Positions 1-10,079 of a DNA stretch of 64,000 nucleotides are shown piece by piece; positions within the stretch are counted from its first letter, which is position 1, and every line of letters starts with the position of its first letter. The position numbers and the translations under genes are program-made. Location of the stretch: the IMG/VR virus record IMGVR_UViG_3300008107_000530. One strand, given 5' to 3'. The stretch is from an uncultured virus (IMG/VR IMGVR_UViG_3300008107_000530). Its lineage: Duplodnaviria > Heunggongvirae > Uroviricota > Caudoviricetes. The notes under the pieces were generated by a model, which searched no databases, was not told the DNA's origin, and saw only the letters and a program-made list of their open reading frames with translations.

Positions 1-29
1 AGGGTAGCATAGCGGGGTGGGGGAGTCAA
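1..29 (-). promoter_or_regulatory. sigma70-type promoter reading out of the left end of the window
   Basis: Minus strand TTGACT (29-24), 17-nt spacer, TG-c-TACCCT (6-1); overlaps the endonuclease stop codon. Confidence 0.55.
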
Positions 30-1456
30 GCCCTCCAGACCCACCTCTTCTTGCCACAGTCATACAGCCTCCGGCACCCCATCAAGAATGTCATCTCGGA
101 TTCAGATCGCGCGTCTGTCTCAGGGTCAAAGTTTTCGGTCATCCCATGCTCCAGCAGTCGTTTGGGGATGTTGCGGCGTTGGTAGTGCGCCTTGGGGCGA
201 AGGCCAATTTTGGGGCTCCACACTTGGTAATCAGGCCCCGTTTCTTCCTCAAGCGCAAAGCCCAGTTGCGCGTACATACCCCCGTCAAAGTAGCGGTTGT
301 CTGAGAAAGATTTGACCTCTGTCGGCTGCTGTTCATCGATGAACGCCTTGAACAGACGCGAAGCACCGCCTGCAACTGTTACACGCGTAGCGTAGCGGGT
401 CAGTGTCCAAACCCTCGTCCTTGCGTCCCCTCTGTCATTGGCACCAAACGTAAACCGCATACACGCGACCAGCTTATCGCCCCAGTACAGACCATAGTGC
501 TCCCCGCTCCCGTCTCCGCCTTGGGGGTGATACCGTTCGTAAAACGCTCGTGCCTCGGAAAGCTCCGTCTTCTTCAACGCACACTTGCGGGCCATGAGCT
601 TGCCCCTCCCCTTACCCACGGCATTACGCATCAGGCGTTTGAGCGCGTGTTCTCGGGTTAGCCATTCAGATTCGTAGACTGTTAGAAGGCGGATGCCAAG
701 AGCTTTACACGCCGTGTACTTGTCGTAGTGGCGATTCTTGTTTTTGCGTTCAGATTCCTGATCCCCATGGCTGTGCCAATAGTCCCCGCAGTATTCAATA
801 GCAAGTCGCACCTCTGGAAGGAACGCATCCAACTCACGCGGGCGAAGCAGTTCGCGGTTACGTTGTTGAACAGTAGAAAACCGCGAAAGAAACGCAGCAA
901 TACGATTCTCATTGTCCGAACGCATGTGGTTACACGCAGGGCACGGTATGGCCCCGCGAAGCACGTTGTGTGGATGCGCAAGCGTTTCTTTATTGTGGAT
1001 AGTACACAAGAAGACCGCGTTATCGGTCATCGACTGATACCCGCTTACGTACTGCAATTTCCCTGCATGTACCTCTTGTAAACGCACAACAAGCTCAGTA
1101 ACCGGCAAGCGATTAGCGGCGCGTACCTCACGCCCTTCTGCAGCGACTTTTTTGCGATAGTGCTCCAGGCGGTACTGTTTATGCGCTTCAGGCATATCTG
1201 CACGGCGTTGCGCTTGAGCAAGTCGGTCTTTCTCTCGGACCTGTTCCCTGTTTCTCTCTCGGTATGCAGCGGCGTACTGCAGCCCCTTTTCAGGACGCGC
1301 CGCTAACCACGCCTGCTGTGCGGCCTTTGTGCACTCCGTACAGGTGCCCGTTTTTGTGGCACGGGGGGCAAGGTGCCCTTGTTTACACGGTGTCCCGGTG
1401 AAGTAATGCTTTTCGCCCTTGGCTACCGCTTCGGCTCGGGCAGTCATGTTGCGCAT
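26..1456 (-). CDS. Hef-like free-standing endonuclease (Zn-binding N-terminus, Vsr/PD-(D/E)XK-like nuclease, C-terminal GNAT-like domain)
   Basis: HYFTGTPCKQGH..CTEC and CPAC motifs; ELDAFLPEVRLAIEYCGDYWH nuclease motif; GGASRLFKAF..SFSDNRYFDGGMYAQLGF..YDCG C-terminal region; start set at ATG 1456 behind GAGGAG. Confidence 0.7.
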   Translation of the reverse strand: MRNMTARAEAVAKGEKHYFTGTPCKQGHLAPRATKTGTCTECTKAAQQAWLAARPEKGLQYAAAYRERNREQVREKDRLAQAQRRADMPEAHKQYRLEHYRKKVAAEGREVRAANRLPVTELVVRLQEVHAGKLQYVSGYQSMTDNAVFLCTIHNKETLAHPHNVLRGAIPCPACNHMRSDNENRIAAFLSRFSTVQQRNRELLRPRELDAFLPEVRLAIEYCGDYWHSHGDQESERKNKNRHYDKYTACKALGIRLLTVYESEWLTREHALKRLMRNAVGKGRGKLMARKCALKKTELSEARAFYERYHPQGGDGSGEHYGLYWGDKLVACMRFTFGANDRGDARTRVWTLTRYATRVTVAGGASRLFKAFIDEQQPTEVKSFSDNRYFDGGMYAQLGFALEEETGPDYQVWSPKIGLRPKAHYQRRNIPKRLLEHGMTENFDPETDARSESEMTFLMGCRRLYDCGKKRWVWRA

Positions 1457-1483
1457 CTCGGCTCCTCGGTGAACATGGATCAC

Positions 1484-1512
1484 ATTCTAACCGATGCCAA
1501 AAAGCCTGTCAA
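1484..1512 (-). promoter_or_regulatory. sigma70 promoter of the endonuclease gene
   Basis: Minus strand TTGACA (1512-1507), 17-nt spacer, TAGAAT (1489-1484). Confidence 0.8.
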
Positions 1513-1571
1513 CAAGTGATTTGGTGGCTTGGTTTAGGTAGTACCGGGCCGGTTTGCGCGTAGCGAAGCGC

Positions 1572-1598
1572 AAAAGAAAAAGGCCCCCGAAGGGGCCT
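1572..1598 (-). terminator. Rho-independent terminator after major capsid gene
   Basis: Minus strand AGGCCCC-TTCG-GGGGCCT followed by TTTTCTTTT. Confidence 0.85.
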
Positions 1599-1615
1599 CT
1601 GCTAAGGGTAAACCC

Positions 1616-2524
1616 TTAAGCGCCAGGGCTACCGAACACGCCCAGGGGGTCCGAAACGCCGAACGAATATCGTTCACGGGCCTTGTAGCGGTTGTTCCCG
1701 GTGTCGAAGTCCGAATCCATCGAAGTTGCCAGGGGCACACGCACAAAGTGCTTCATGCCGTTAGGAACATCGGTGCGGAGGAACCACGCGTTCGTATCGG
1801 TCAAGAAGTGGTTGATGGTGTAGCCTTCCGGGATCGAGCCGTTGTTCTTCAGGGCGTTGATGTCGTTGTCGGTGGTGCCAACGCGCAGGCTGGTTTCCAA
1901 CAGACGGGTAGCAACGAACTGCAGAGCAGGAGGCACGATCAGCTTGCGGGGCTTGGCAGCAATCAGCAGGCCTTTTTCGTCCGTCCAACCAGCGATCTGG
2001 ATCACAGCCGCTTCGAGGGACGTTTCGTTCAGGTCTGCAGCCGTCGCGGGACGGTTGCTGTTGGTGCCACCAGAGACAATCGGGTGAGCCGTCGAGAACA
2101 GGGAGACGCCATCACCGTAGACCACGGAGCTGGAAAAACCGTTGTTCAGGACTGCTGCAGCCTTGACCTGCTTGGTGTAAGACATGGCGCGAGCCAGTGA
2201 CTTGGTGTACCGAGCGGACAGACTGTCGTACAGGTTGTCTTCCATCGCCTCTTCGGTGATGGAGAAGCCCATAGCGATGGTCTCGTGGTTGTAACGAGCG
2301 GTCCAGGCTTCCTGTGCGTTGTCGTACTGGATGGCCGAACCTTCGTTCTTCACCGGGGCTGCGGAGAAACCGGCGAGCTTAGTTTCCTCTTCGAACGAGC
2401 GCTCTGAGGACTCGGTCTCGTAGATCTCCTTGTGCTCTTCGCCGTAGCGCTTGTACTCCATGCCGAACAGAGCGTTCAGGCCGGGCAGGAGTTCCTTCAG
2501 TAGTTGGGCACGTGAAATTGCCAT
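1616..2524 (-). CDS. major capsid protein
   Basis: MAISRAQLLKELLPGLNALFG start and DFDTGNNRYKARERYSFG C-terminus typical of this phage capsid family; AAGGAG RBS; downstream terminator. Confidence 0.9.
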   Translation of the reverse strand: MAISRAQLLKELLPGLNALFGMEYKRYGEEHKEIYETESSERSFEEETKLAGFSAAPVKNEGSAIQYDNAQEAWTARYNHETIAMGFSITEEAMEDNLYDSLSARYTKSLARAMSYTKQVKAAAVLNNGFSSSVVYGDGVSLFSTAHPIVSGGTNSNRPATAADLNETSLEAAVIQIAGWTDEKGLLIAAKPRKLIVPPALQFVATRLLETSLRVGTTDNDINALKNNGSIPEGYTINHFLTDTNAWFLRTDVPNGMKHFVRVPLATSMDSDFDTGNNRYKARERYSFGVSDPLGVFGSPGA

Positions 2525-2537
2525 TTTGAGTTACTCC

Positions 2538-3347
2538 TTAAGCAACGTAGTAGCGATGAGCGCCGAAGGTGATCTTGACGAACACTTCCTGCGATTGCAC
2601 CAGGGCGACCGTACCGGCAAGAGTCGTGCCGATAGTGGTCACAGTAAGCGCCTGACTGGTCGCGGACGCCACAGTGACTGCGCCGTTGACCGTTGCGCCA
2701 CTGAACTGAAGCTGACCATTGACCACGTTGAAAAGATCCGTCCCGGTGGGGATAACCTGACCAACCGTCAGACCAGACACAGTCACCGATGTACCAGTAC
2801 CGCCAGCAACGACAGTGGCACCAGTAACGATCTGCGTATCAGGCACCAGACCCAAAACGCGGAAGTTGCCCGTGGAGGTAGTGGCAGTCACAACACCACC
2901 CGCCGAGTTACCCGTAGAGGCGGAACCCGTGCTGGTGTTACCAGCCATGTTCTGACCCACAAGGATAGACGAGGCAGAGGCAATCGTCGCCGTACCGGCA
3001 GCGGTCACAACAGCAGCTTTGAAGACCGTGTCCGGGTCGTCGCAGATGATTGCGGTGATGTCGCCAGCCAGGGTGTTCGCAGGGTAGAACTGCGAGAACA
3101 GGCGCTGCTTGGTGGACGGGTTGGTGTAGTAGCAGCCCAGGAAAACGCCAACTGCCGCATTACCAGCAATGGTGTTTGCCAGGAGGGTCACATACCCACT
3201 GGTCAACTGCACGAAATCCCCGTAGAAGATGTTCGTGTTGTAGTTGTAGGCGATGGGGTAATTCCGGGTGGACCCCGAGAAAACTTGCCCCCCGATTAGA
3301 TTTACGGGTTTGAACCCGTAGGGAGCTTCAATCGTCGGATAAGCCAT
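2538..3347 (-). CDS. putative capsid decoration/minor capsid protein
   Basis: APYGFKPV N-terminal motif; Gly/Thr/Ala-rich; immediately upstream of capsid gene. Confidence 0.6.
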   Translation of the reverse strand: MAYPTIEAPYGFKPVNLIGGQVFSGSTRNYPIAYNYNTNIFYGDFVQLTSGYVTLLANTIAGNAAVGVFLGCYYTNPSTKQRLFSQFYPANTLAGDITAIICDDPDTVFKAAVVTAAGTATIASASSILVGQNMAGNTSTGSASTGNSAGGVVTATTSTGNFRVLGLVPDTQIVTGATVVAGGTGTSVTVSGLTVGQVIPTGTDLFNVVNGQLQFSGATVNGAVTVASATSQALTVTTIGTTLAGTVALVQSQEVFVKITFGAHRYYVA

Positions 3348-3362
3348 TTAAGACTCCTTAGA

Positions 3363-3812
3363 TTAGGAACCGCGTCCGAAAGACACTTCGCTGCGCCGTT
3401 CCTTGAACAGCGGCATACGAGCATCACTCTCGCGCATGAAGTTGTTGTCCACCGACTGCATCTGCCCTTCAGCTTGACGCTGGTAGTAGGCATTACGCTG
3501 TTCAGTGAACTCCTTTGGGGTTTTGCAAAGCAGCAGACCACCGACTTCAATACTGTCGGGGAAGCGACCTGAACCGCCTCCACCCAGTTGAATCTCAGGA
3601 TGTTCGCTTGCTTTTACGGGCTCCCAGCCCTCGCGGAGTTTTGAGGAGACGTTCATCGGGTCGTTGTTCCCGAGGGTGCTGATGCGAATCCAACGGAAAG
3701 CATACCCTTCTTCCGGGTTCGGATCGGGCAGGAGTTGGGGAGGCATCCACTGCTTAGGCCGTTCAGCCTTTGCGCGGGTGTCCAATTCACGTGAAATTCT
3801 ATTCTCAGCCAT
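3363..3812 (-). CDS. conserved phage head-region protein
   Basis: GYAFRWIR..KLREGWEPV..VGGLLLCK motif; lies between scaffold and capsid genes. Confidence 0.65.
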   Translation of the reverse strand: MAENRISRELDTRAKAERPKQWMPPQLLPDPNPEEGYAFRWIRISTLGNNDPMNVSSKLREGWEPVKASEHPEIQLGGGGSGRFPDSIEVGGLLLCKTPKEFTEQRNAYYQRQAEGQMQSVDNNFMRESDARMPLFKERRSEVSFGRGS

Positions 3813-4698
3813 TTTGTTTCCTCATTTCTTCCGCAACCGCACGGGCGTACTGTTCATTGGTCAGTCCGAGCCGCTTGGCGATACTCACTTGTGATTGCGT
3901 CAGCACGATCTTTTTGGGCGCTGTGCTACGCGTGGCTGGGGATACGACAGACTTCCGGGTCTTTCCAGAGGAAAACGCTTCTGGAAAACGATTACGAATG
4001 CGGGTGTTGATCGCGTCGTAATACCCATCACTGTTCGTGTCTACCCCCGAACTCACAAGTTGCTTGTGTACTGCCAACGCAACCGCCGTCATTTCCTCAT
4101 TTTCTCCAAACCACGGATTGGCTTGCTGCCACGCACGGGCTTTTTGATCAACTTGGGGCGGCGACTGAGTTGCCGGAGGGGTTTGTACCGCACTTTCTTC
4201 GCGCTGTAAAGAACCTTCCCCGCTTTTCAGTTTGTCTTCTTCAATTTTTGCTGCGGCAAGCGCATCCTGCGCTGCAATCAGAAGTCCAGAATCCCCCGTC
4301 TCATACGCTTGCTGGAGCTTGCGTTTGGCGTCTGCCAGCTCAGCATCGACGGTTTTCTTGCGCTCCGTAGCCTTGAGCCGCTTATTCTCTTCAGCCAGCG
4401 CTACTGCAGCGCGGAGGGCTTCTTCACGCTCCCGCAGTGCGGTTTCCTTGGCTCGACGCTCGTCGTGGTATCCCTTGGAGAAGTGCTGGATGCGCTTCTT
4501 GACGCTGTCACTGTATTGCGACAACTCCTCGTCCGTGACTTCCGCAGGGGGGTCCTTCATCGGAGTACGGCCCCGGTCTACCTCGGGGGTATCGTCTACG
4601 ACCTCAATCTCGGTGTCGCCTTCGCCTTCGACCTCGTATTCGACCCTGGTCTCGGCGGTTTCTTTTTCAATCTCGTCGGGGAACTTGAATTCAGCCAT
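3805..4698 (-). CDS. putative capsid scaffolding protein
   Basis: Acidic N-terminus, coiled coil, W..ANPWFG motif, C-terminal LT.SQVSIAKRLGL..EQYA; head-module position. Confidence 0.7.
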   Translation of the reverse strand: MAEFKFPDEIEKETAETRVEYEVEGEGDTEIEVVDDTPEVDRGRTPMKDPPAEVTDEELSQYSDSVKKRIQHFSKGYHDERRAKETALREREEALRAAVALAEENKRLKATERKKTVDAELADAKRKLQQAYETGDSGLLIAAQDALAAAKIEEDKLKSGEGSLQREESAVQTPPATQSPPQVDQKARAWQQANPWFGENEEMTAVALAVHKQLVSSGVDTNSDGYYDAINTRIRNRFPEAFSSGKTRKSVVSPATRSTAPKKIVLTQSQVSIAKRLGLTNEQYARAVAEEMRKQNG

Positions 4699-4708
4699 GA
4701 GTTACTCC

Positions 4709-5113
4709 TTATACCCGTTGAATCCCGCGAGGGTCTTGCACAACGGCTTCAACGCTGTCGTCGTTGATGATGCGCCATTCGGTGCCGTGAATCTTCAGGC
4801 GTGTACCCGTGTTTGGGCGCACGAGGATGAAGTCACCCACCTTGCAGGATGGCCCGCTGGGGAAACGCAAAGGGTCTTTGAATGCGTCAGGCCCCATCTT
4901 GGCCACGAACAGTACGGGGCTCATCACCTCTTCAAAGTGCATCGTCTGACCGGCTTTGACAAGCCCGCTTTCGTACTCGTCGTTGGCCTTTGGCAGCATG
5001 CAGAGCAGGTGGTAAGTCGCCGGATCAGGCACTTGCCGTGCTTTATCCGAATCCGTCTCCGGAAGTACCGTAGTGCTTGCGCCATCGCTCAGGAGTAGCT
5101 CACTCATCTTCAT
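4709..5113 (-). CDS. groES: co-chaperonin GroES-like protein
   Basis: ESGLV mobile-loop-like segment, VAKMGPDAF, CKVGDFILV..GTRLKIHG.EWRIINDDSVEAVV. Confidence 0.8.
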   Translation of the reverse strand: MKMSELLLSDGASTTVLPETDSDKARQVPDPATYHLLCMLPKANDEYESGLVKAGQTMHFEEVMSPVLFVAKMGPDAFKDPLRFPSGPSCKVGDFILVRPNTGTRLKIHGTEWRIINDDSVEAVVQDPRGIQRV

Positions 5114-5297
5114 TTCGCTCCATAGTTCGCACGAGGTCGGTGATAAAGGAATGCGCTAGAGAAAGACCCCGGATTTCTCCACACATTGACTTGTACTCGG
5201 GGAAATCTTTTGACGCACCCGAGATGAGAACCTGCGCGAGTGCATCGCGCCGTTCTTCGATTTCTTTCAATACCACGGAAAACGCAGTGGTAGCCAT
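5100..5297 (-). CDS. small helical head-module protein
   Basis: 65 aa ORF with AAGGA RBS between portal and GroES; EYKSMCGEIRGL motif. Confidence 0.65.
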   Translation of the reverse strand: MATTAFSVVLKEIEERRDALAQVLISGASKDFPEYKSMCGEIRGLSLAHSFITDLVRTMERNEDE

Positions 5298-5306
5298 GAC
5301 TCGTCC

Positions 5307-7778
5307 TTACTGTTTGGGTTGGGGCTTGGGCTGCGCAGCGCGTTGTGCAGCCTGCTGCGCTTGCTGCTGCATGCGCATCTGACTTGTTTGGGTCTGTTGC
5401 CTGACCTTCTGCTGGTGAAGCTGCTCTTTGTGTTGCATGTCCTGCTGCGCCATAGCCGCCTTCAGGCGGGGGTCCTCCCCCTGCTTTCTCTGGGCATCAA
5501 GTGCCAACCGAGCCTGCTCAATCTGCAACTTGCCCTGAGCGATCTGGAAGTCACGCTGGCTGTCAGCCTCCTTGCGCCGCAACTCCTCGGCCTTCAACTG
5601 CAGCTCGGCCTGCTTCATCTGTACTTCAGGGTTCTGGGCCATCTGCTGCGCTTGCTGTGCCTGGGCCTTCTGCATGTTGCTCTGCAGCAACTGCTGCGAG
5701 GCTTGCGCCACGAGACGGCTCAACTGGACTTCCGTGTTCTCATCCAAGTCAGCATCGGGTGCGGTCAACGGCACGCCCAACTGCTCTTCCACCTGAGCCC
5801 TGTAGCTGAACGCCAAGTGCTGCGAAATGTGGGCCATGATCGCTCCCATCATCTGCTGCGCCATCGGACTCTGCCCAAGCATCTGCATGATCATGGGGTC
5901 CTTCATCAGGGCCATGTGTGTCGCAATATGGGCTTCGTGGTCTTGGTAGATGAACGCCTTGGTCGGCTTCCCCGTCAAGAACGCCATGTTCTCGGAGATA
6001 GGATCTTTTGGTGTCTGATCGTCTTCGATAGGCACGAGCTTGGCCGCGTTCTTGATCCCCAAAACCTCCAGCATTTGTCGATGAAGCTGGGGCATGTCGT
6101 AGATCTGCGGAGCCCCTTGTGCGAGTTGCAGTGCAGCTTGGTACTGCATGATCCGCTGCGCCATCGTGGCCGCGTTGGGATCGCTGACCGGGATGATCTC
6201 CACTTGGTCATAGTCAGACTGCTTGACCGACCGGTCGCCGCCTTCTGGGGTGTAGGAATAGTCCGGTGGCAGGAAGTCACGGATAACCTTCTTCAGGAGC
6301 TTGAACTCCATCTTCAGGCTGTCATGCACCCGGGCCTGTACCGCACCCATGATCTTGAGTTGCCGCTCAAGGATAGCCAGCGTCGTACCCACTGGGGCCT
6401 GGGCAGACATGTCACTGATCTTCAGGTCAGCAATAGCCGCCAGACGCCGCCCATCGTCGGTAAGCTGCTGCAGCAACGCCGCCAGAACCTGACTCGGCTC
6501 CTTGTACGGCAGGGCCATGATGTTGTCTTTGACCGTCCCGCTGGGGATGTCCACATCCCTGAACTCGCCCGGGGCGATGGGCGTGTCGTCGCCCTTGATT
6601 CGCAACCCCCGGCTCTTCAAGCCACCGGGCAGGTTGCTCAGGGTGCCTGCGTCAACCAACTGGCGCAGAATCGACGTACCCGCACGTGCGTAGCCACCAA
6701 CCAGATTGATCAGGCCGATACCATATGGGCCGAACCCAGGCACGTAGGTGTACTGAGAGAAGTGCTGGCGCTTGAGCTTGCGAGAATCCGACTCGTCCCA
6801 GTTACGGCGGATAGCCAGAACCGTCGATGTACCCCGGTCGATGGTAACAACGTAAGGGAGCGCGATACCGTCTTCGTCCTCATCCCCGGGCATATTCCAG
6901 TCAATATGCACCTCAAGGATCTGATACCGGTCGTCGTCGGTCAGGCTGTAGCCCTGCTCCTCGGCCTTCTTCTTCTCCACATCCGTGAAGATCCGCACAG
7001 GCTCCCCAAGCTCTACATCACGGTAAAACCCTTCTACCTGCAGCTTCTTGATCTCGTTCTCGGTCTTGCGCATCACGTGGGTTACACGCTCGGCGCTGTA
7101 GATGTTTGACGCCCCGTACGGGATGACCATGTCCTCTGCGGGAATGAACGGAGCAGCAGGACGCTCAAGGCTGGGGTCGAAGTAGATCTTCTTGAACGCG
7201 GACCCCGACAGGCCCAGGTTGAACAGCATCCGCTCGTGCTCCGACCGGTACTCCACCATCTCTTCTGTGAGGCGGAAGTTCATGTCGTCCTGCACGCGTA
7301 TCGCAGCTTCCTTCTTCTCCTGGGTCTCCTCCCCGATGATCTGCGTCTTAACCGGTCCTTGAGCCGGGAATGTCTCCGTGATCAACTCAGACTGGAATCT
7401 GACTGCAGCCTCAGTCAGCAGCGGGGAATACGCACCACATGCACCGTTCCACGGCTCGGTACGCTCCTCATACTTCATGCCCAGAACTTCCAACCCCTTG
7501 ACATAGGCTTCGGCCCAGTCCTTGCGCGAGTTGATGTCCGCATCCACCAAGGCAATGATCTCGGACGCCAGGGACTGCATCTCCCCCTCGTCCATGAACT
7601 CCGCGAGGTTTGCGTCAAAATCTTCCGCCGTAGGGGTTTCCGGCGTCAATTCAATCTCGACCCCATCAATTCCGATGTTTACGGCTTCCGGGTCCTCGAT
7701 TTCAATCTCGATGGCGGGCTCGTCCGTCATGAGCATAGGGTCCATCGGGGAGAGTGCGCTGTCGATGTTTGTAGCCAT
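5307..7778 (-). CDS. portal protein
   Basis: 823 aa, directly after terminase; GSAFKKIYFD, LRQLVDAGTLSNLPGG, APVGTTLA motifs; Gln-rich C-terminal coiled coil. Confidence 0.85.
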   Translation of the reverse strand: MATNIDSALSPMDPMLMTDEPAIEIEIEDPEAVNIGIDGVEIELTPETPTAEDFDANLAEFMDEGEMQSLASEIIALVDADINSRKDWAEAYVKGLEVLGMKYEERTEPWNGACGAYSPLLTEAAVRFQSELITETFPAQGPVKTQIIGEETQEKKEAAIRVQDDMNFRLTEEMVEYRSEHERMLFNLGLSGSAFKKIYFDPSLERPAAPFIPAEDMVIPYGASNIYSAERVTHVMRKTENEIKKLQVEGFYRDVELGEPVRIFTDVEKKKAEEQGYSLTDDDRYQILEVHIDWNMPGDEDEDGIALPYVVTIDRGTSTVLAIRRNWDESDSRKLKRQHFSQYTYVPGFGPYGIGLINLVGGYARAGTSILRQLVDAGTLSNLPGGLKSRGLRIKGDDTPIAPGEFRDVDIPSGTVKDNIMALPYKEPSQVLAALLQQLTDDGRRLAAIADLKISDMSAQAPVGTTLAILERQLKIMGAVQARVHDSLKMEFKLLKKVIRDFLPPDYSYTPEGGDRSVKQSDYDQVEIIPVSDPNAATMAQRIMQYQAALQLAQGAPQIYDMPQLHRQMLEVLGIKNAAKLVPIEDDQTPKDPISENMAFLTGKPTKAFIYQDHEAHIATHMALMKDPMIMQMLGQSPMAQQMMGAIMAHISQHLAFSYRAQVEEQLGVPLTAPDADLDENTEVQLSRLVAQASQQLLQSNMQKAQAQQAQQMAQNPEVQMKQAELQLKAEELRRKEADSQRDFQIAQGKLQIEQARLALDAQRKQGEDPRLKAAMAQQDMQHKEQLHQQKVRQQTQTSQMRMQQQAQQAAQRAAQPKPQPKQ

Positions 7779-7787
7779 GATCTGTCC

Positions 7788-9335
7788 TTAGTAGTAAGCA
7801 GTACGCCGGCTGCTCTTGAAGTACCGTTGTTCTTCCCGCTCGTCCGTAGGCAAGCGTACAAACCCACCTTGGCGAAACCGCATCAGCGCCATCACCGTGG
7901 AGTCCACCAAGTCGTCGTTCGACATGAACGGGAACCCGGCAATCTCCTCCACAACCTCTTCTGCCCACCGGGTCTGTGGCACCCAGCACAGTTTGGACTT
8001 GACGATATCGGCTACGGAGTTGAGTCGGGCAAGTTTATCCCCGGAACCTCTGTGCGGGGTGTATTCCTGCACGGGCAACCCCATGCGCCGCATCTCCTGA
8101 TACAGCGCCGTACCGCTGGACTTCTTTTCAACGATGAACGAATCTGGCTCCCAATGCTTGTACTCATCAAGCGCAAGCGTCTTCAGCTCCGGGAACTCCA
8201 ACCGTTTCTTGATACTGTTGAGTAGGATGATGTTGTGGCAATCTTCTTCCTCGTTGAACCACACACCCCAGGTAGTAAGCGCCGTGAAGTCAGCACGGTT
8301 GTGGGATTCCGCTGCCGCGTCCAAGGACATGATGATGTATTCGCACCTGGGCGGGTCCTCCCCCTCCCAAGTGTTCCACCACTCCCGCTTGATGACCGAC
8401 GCCTCTTCGGCGGTGGGGTTCTGCTGGAACTGTGCATTCCACTGGAACAACGGCATGGACGCCTTGGTCCGCAGCAGCGCGGGGACGTCATAGAACTCGG
8501 GCCACAACGCACTCTGTGTGCCATCCGTACGGTCAAACAACGCCGGGAACTCCACGACCTCATACTGGTCCGCATCGGGGTTCTGCCCCATATCCTTGGT
8601 CACCCGACCCGTCAGGTCACTCAAATGCCAGCGGGTCTGGATGATGGCAACGCGCCCACCCGGCATGAGGCGAGTACGGGCACCGTACGTAAACCACTCA
8701 TACGCCTTGTCGAACACCTCAAAGTTACCGTTGATGATGTCCTGTTCGTTATGTGGGTCGTCAACCAGCAGCAGGTCGGCACCCCGTCCAGCCAACGCAG
8801 AGCCTACGCCGCAGGCGTAGTATTCACCCCCGACGTTCGTATTCCACCGACCCGCAGACTTGCTGTCTTGCGCAAGGAACACCGTAGGAAACACCTGCTT
8901 ATAAGCATCGGTATCGATGATGTTACGCACCTTGCGCCCGAAGTCCACGGCCAGATCTGACGTGTGCGAGACCATCAGCACCTTCTTGGTAGGGTACTTG
9001 CCGATGAACCACGCTGGGAAATAAATCGACACAAGCTGGCTTTTGCCATGCCGAGGCGGGATGTTCACGCACACCCGATCCTTCTTACCCTCGGCAATCG
9101 CCATCAGCATGTCCGCCAAGATCCGGTGGTGCTTACCAACCTTGTAATCCGGCTGGATGTGCTTGCAGAACTCGATCAGATCGTCCCGACAACGCTGGGC
9201 CTGACGCCTGCCTGACAAGGCTTCTGCAATCTGCAGGATCTCCTCCTGCTCCGAAGAGTCAAACTGCTCGATGTTGGCAACCAACAGATCGATATCGTCG
9301 TCTGTCAGGTCATCGAACGTGTCTGCAACGGTCAA
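7788..9335 (-). CDS. terL: terminase large subunit
   Basis: Walker A NIPPRHGKS, Walker B LLLVDDPH, QTRWH coupling motif, nuclease region SLDAA..DDLVDS; TTG start behind GGAGGAG. Confidence 0.93.
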   Translation of the reverse strand: MTVADTFDDLTDDDIDLLVANIEQFDSSEQEEILQIAEALSGRRQAQRCRDDLIEFCKHIQPDYKVGKHHRILADMLMAIAEGKKDRVCVNIPPRHGKSQLVSIYFPAWFIGKYPTKKVLMVSHTSDLAVDFGRKVRNIIDTDAYKQVFPTVFLAQDSKSAGRWNTNVGGEYYACGVGSALAGRGADLLLVDDPHNEQDIINGNFEVFDKAYEWFTYGARTRLMPGGRVAIIQTRWHLSDLTGRVTKDMGQNPDADQYEVVEFPALFDRTDGTQSALWPEFYDVPALLRTKASMPLFQWNAQFQQNPTAEEASVIKREWWNTWEGEDPPRCEYIIMSLDAAAESHNRADFTALTTWGVWFNEEEDCHNIILLNSIKKRLEFPELKTLALDEYKHWEPDSFIVEKKSSGTALYQEMRRMGLPVQEYTPHRGSGDKLARLNSVADIVKSKLCWVPQTRWAEEVVEEIAGFPFMSNDDLVDSTVMALMRFRQGGFVRLPTDEREEQRYFKSSRRTAYY

Positions 9336-9994
9336 TTCAGCTCCTCCGGAGCCATCCCAAGCTCCGCATCGAGGTCTACAACCAGCGGAACGTCATCTAC
9401 AGGGGCAAATTGGGTGGAATTGATGACATTTGCGTCTTCCACATCGTTTTTCAGGGCCTTGGACCGCAACGCCTGGAGCTTTTCACGCAACGATTGCTTC
9501 AAATCATCCGTAGACCGGTGGGTAACCGTCACTTCCGAGCGTTCCGTGAACAAACCAACGTCAGAAATCTTGCCCAGAAGCTCTAAAGCACGAATACGCA
9601 CCCTGGGATCAGGGTTTGACGCCTCTTGGAGCAGCTTGTTAGTAACAAACGTCCGAATCTGGACCGCATTACGCACCACCACATGGCTGAACTCCTGCAA
9701 CGCATCCTCCAACTGCAGGATTGCAGCGGGGCGCATGGCCGAAAACTTCGCCGGAGTCATGGATTTGTTGGTGGCCTCCTCGTCCTTGGCGTACGAAGTC
9801 AGTAGCTTTTCGACAACTACGTCGTCTTGGGGGTCATGCACCAGGGTTTCGGGGTCCAAACCATTCTCCAGAAGCACATGGATGGTCTTACATGCAGCAG
9901 CAGCCCGTTCACGCAACGTCGCGTGGGGCATATCCTCAGGGGGAACGATAACCCCGAGGTCTGGAGTAATAACTAGCTCAGGAGCACTAGGCAT
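9332..9994 (-). CDS. putative terminase small subunit
   Basis: Overlaps terL start; RIRALELLGKISDVGLF motif; start set at ATG 9994. Confidence 0.6.
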   Translation of the reverse strand: MPSAPELVITPDLGVIVPPEDMPHATLRERAAAACKTIHVLLENGLDPETLVHDPQDDVVVEKLLTSYAKDEEATNKSMTPAKFSAMRPAAILQLEDALQEFSHVVVRNAVQIRTFVTNKLLQEASNPDPRVRIRALELLGKISDVGLFTERSEVTVTHRSTDDLKQSLREKLQALRSKALKNDVEDANVINSTQFAPVDDVPLVVDLDAELGMAPEELN

Positions 9995-10079
9995 AGATGT
10001 TCGCAACTTGGTATGGAACCAAGCGTGATGCGGAACATACCACAAAAATTGCAAAACACAAGGAGGTTGGGACTCCTAC

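Noticed and set aside
5319..7109. 596-aa plus-strand ORF and similar long antisense ORFs (4232-5098, 7236-8225, 40682-41758, 42088-43071)
   Set aside because: Shadows of well-supported minus-strand genes in GC-rich DNA; no RBS or recognisable motifs
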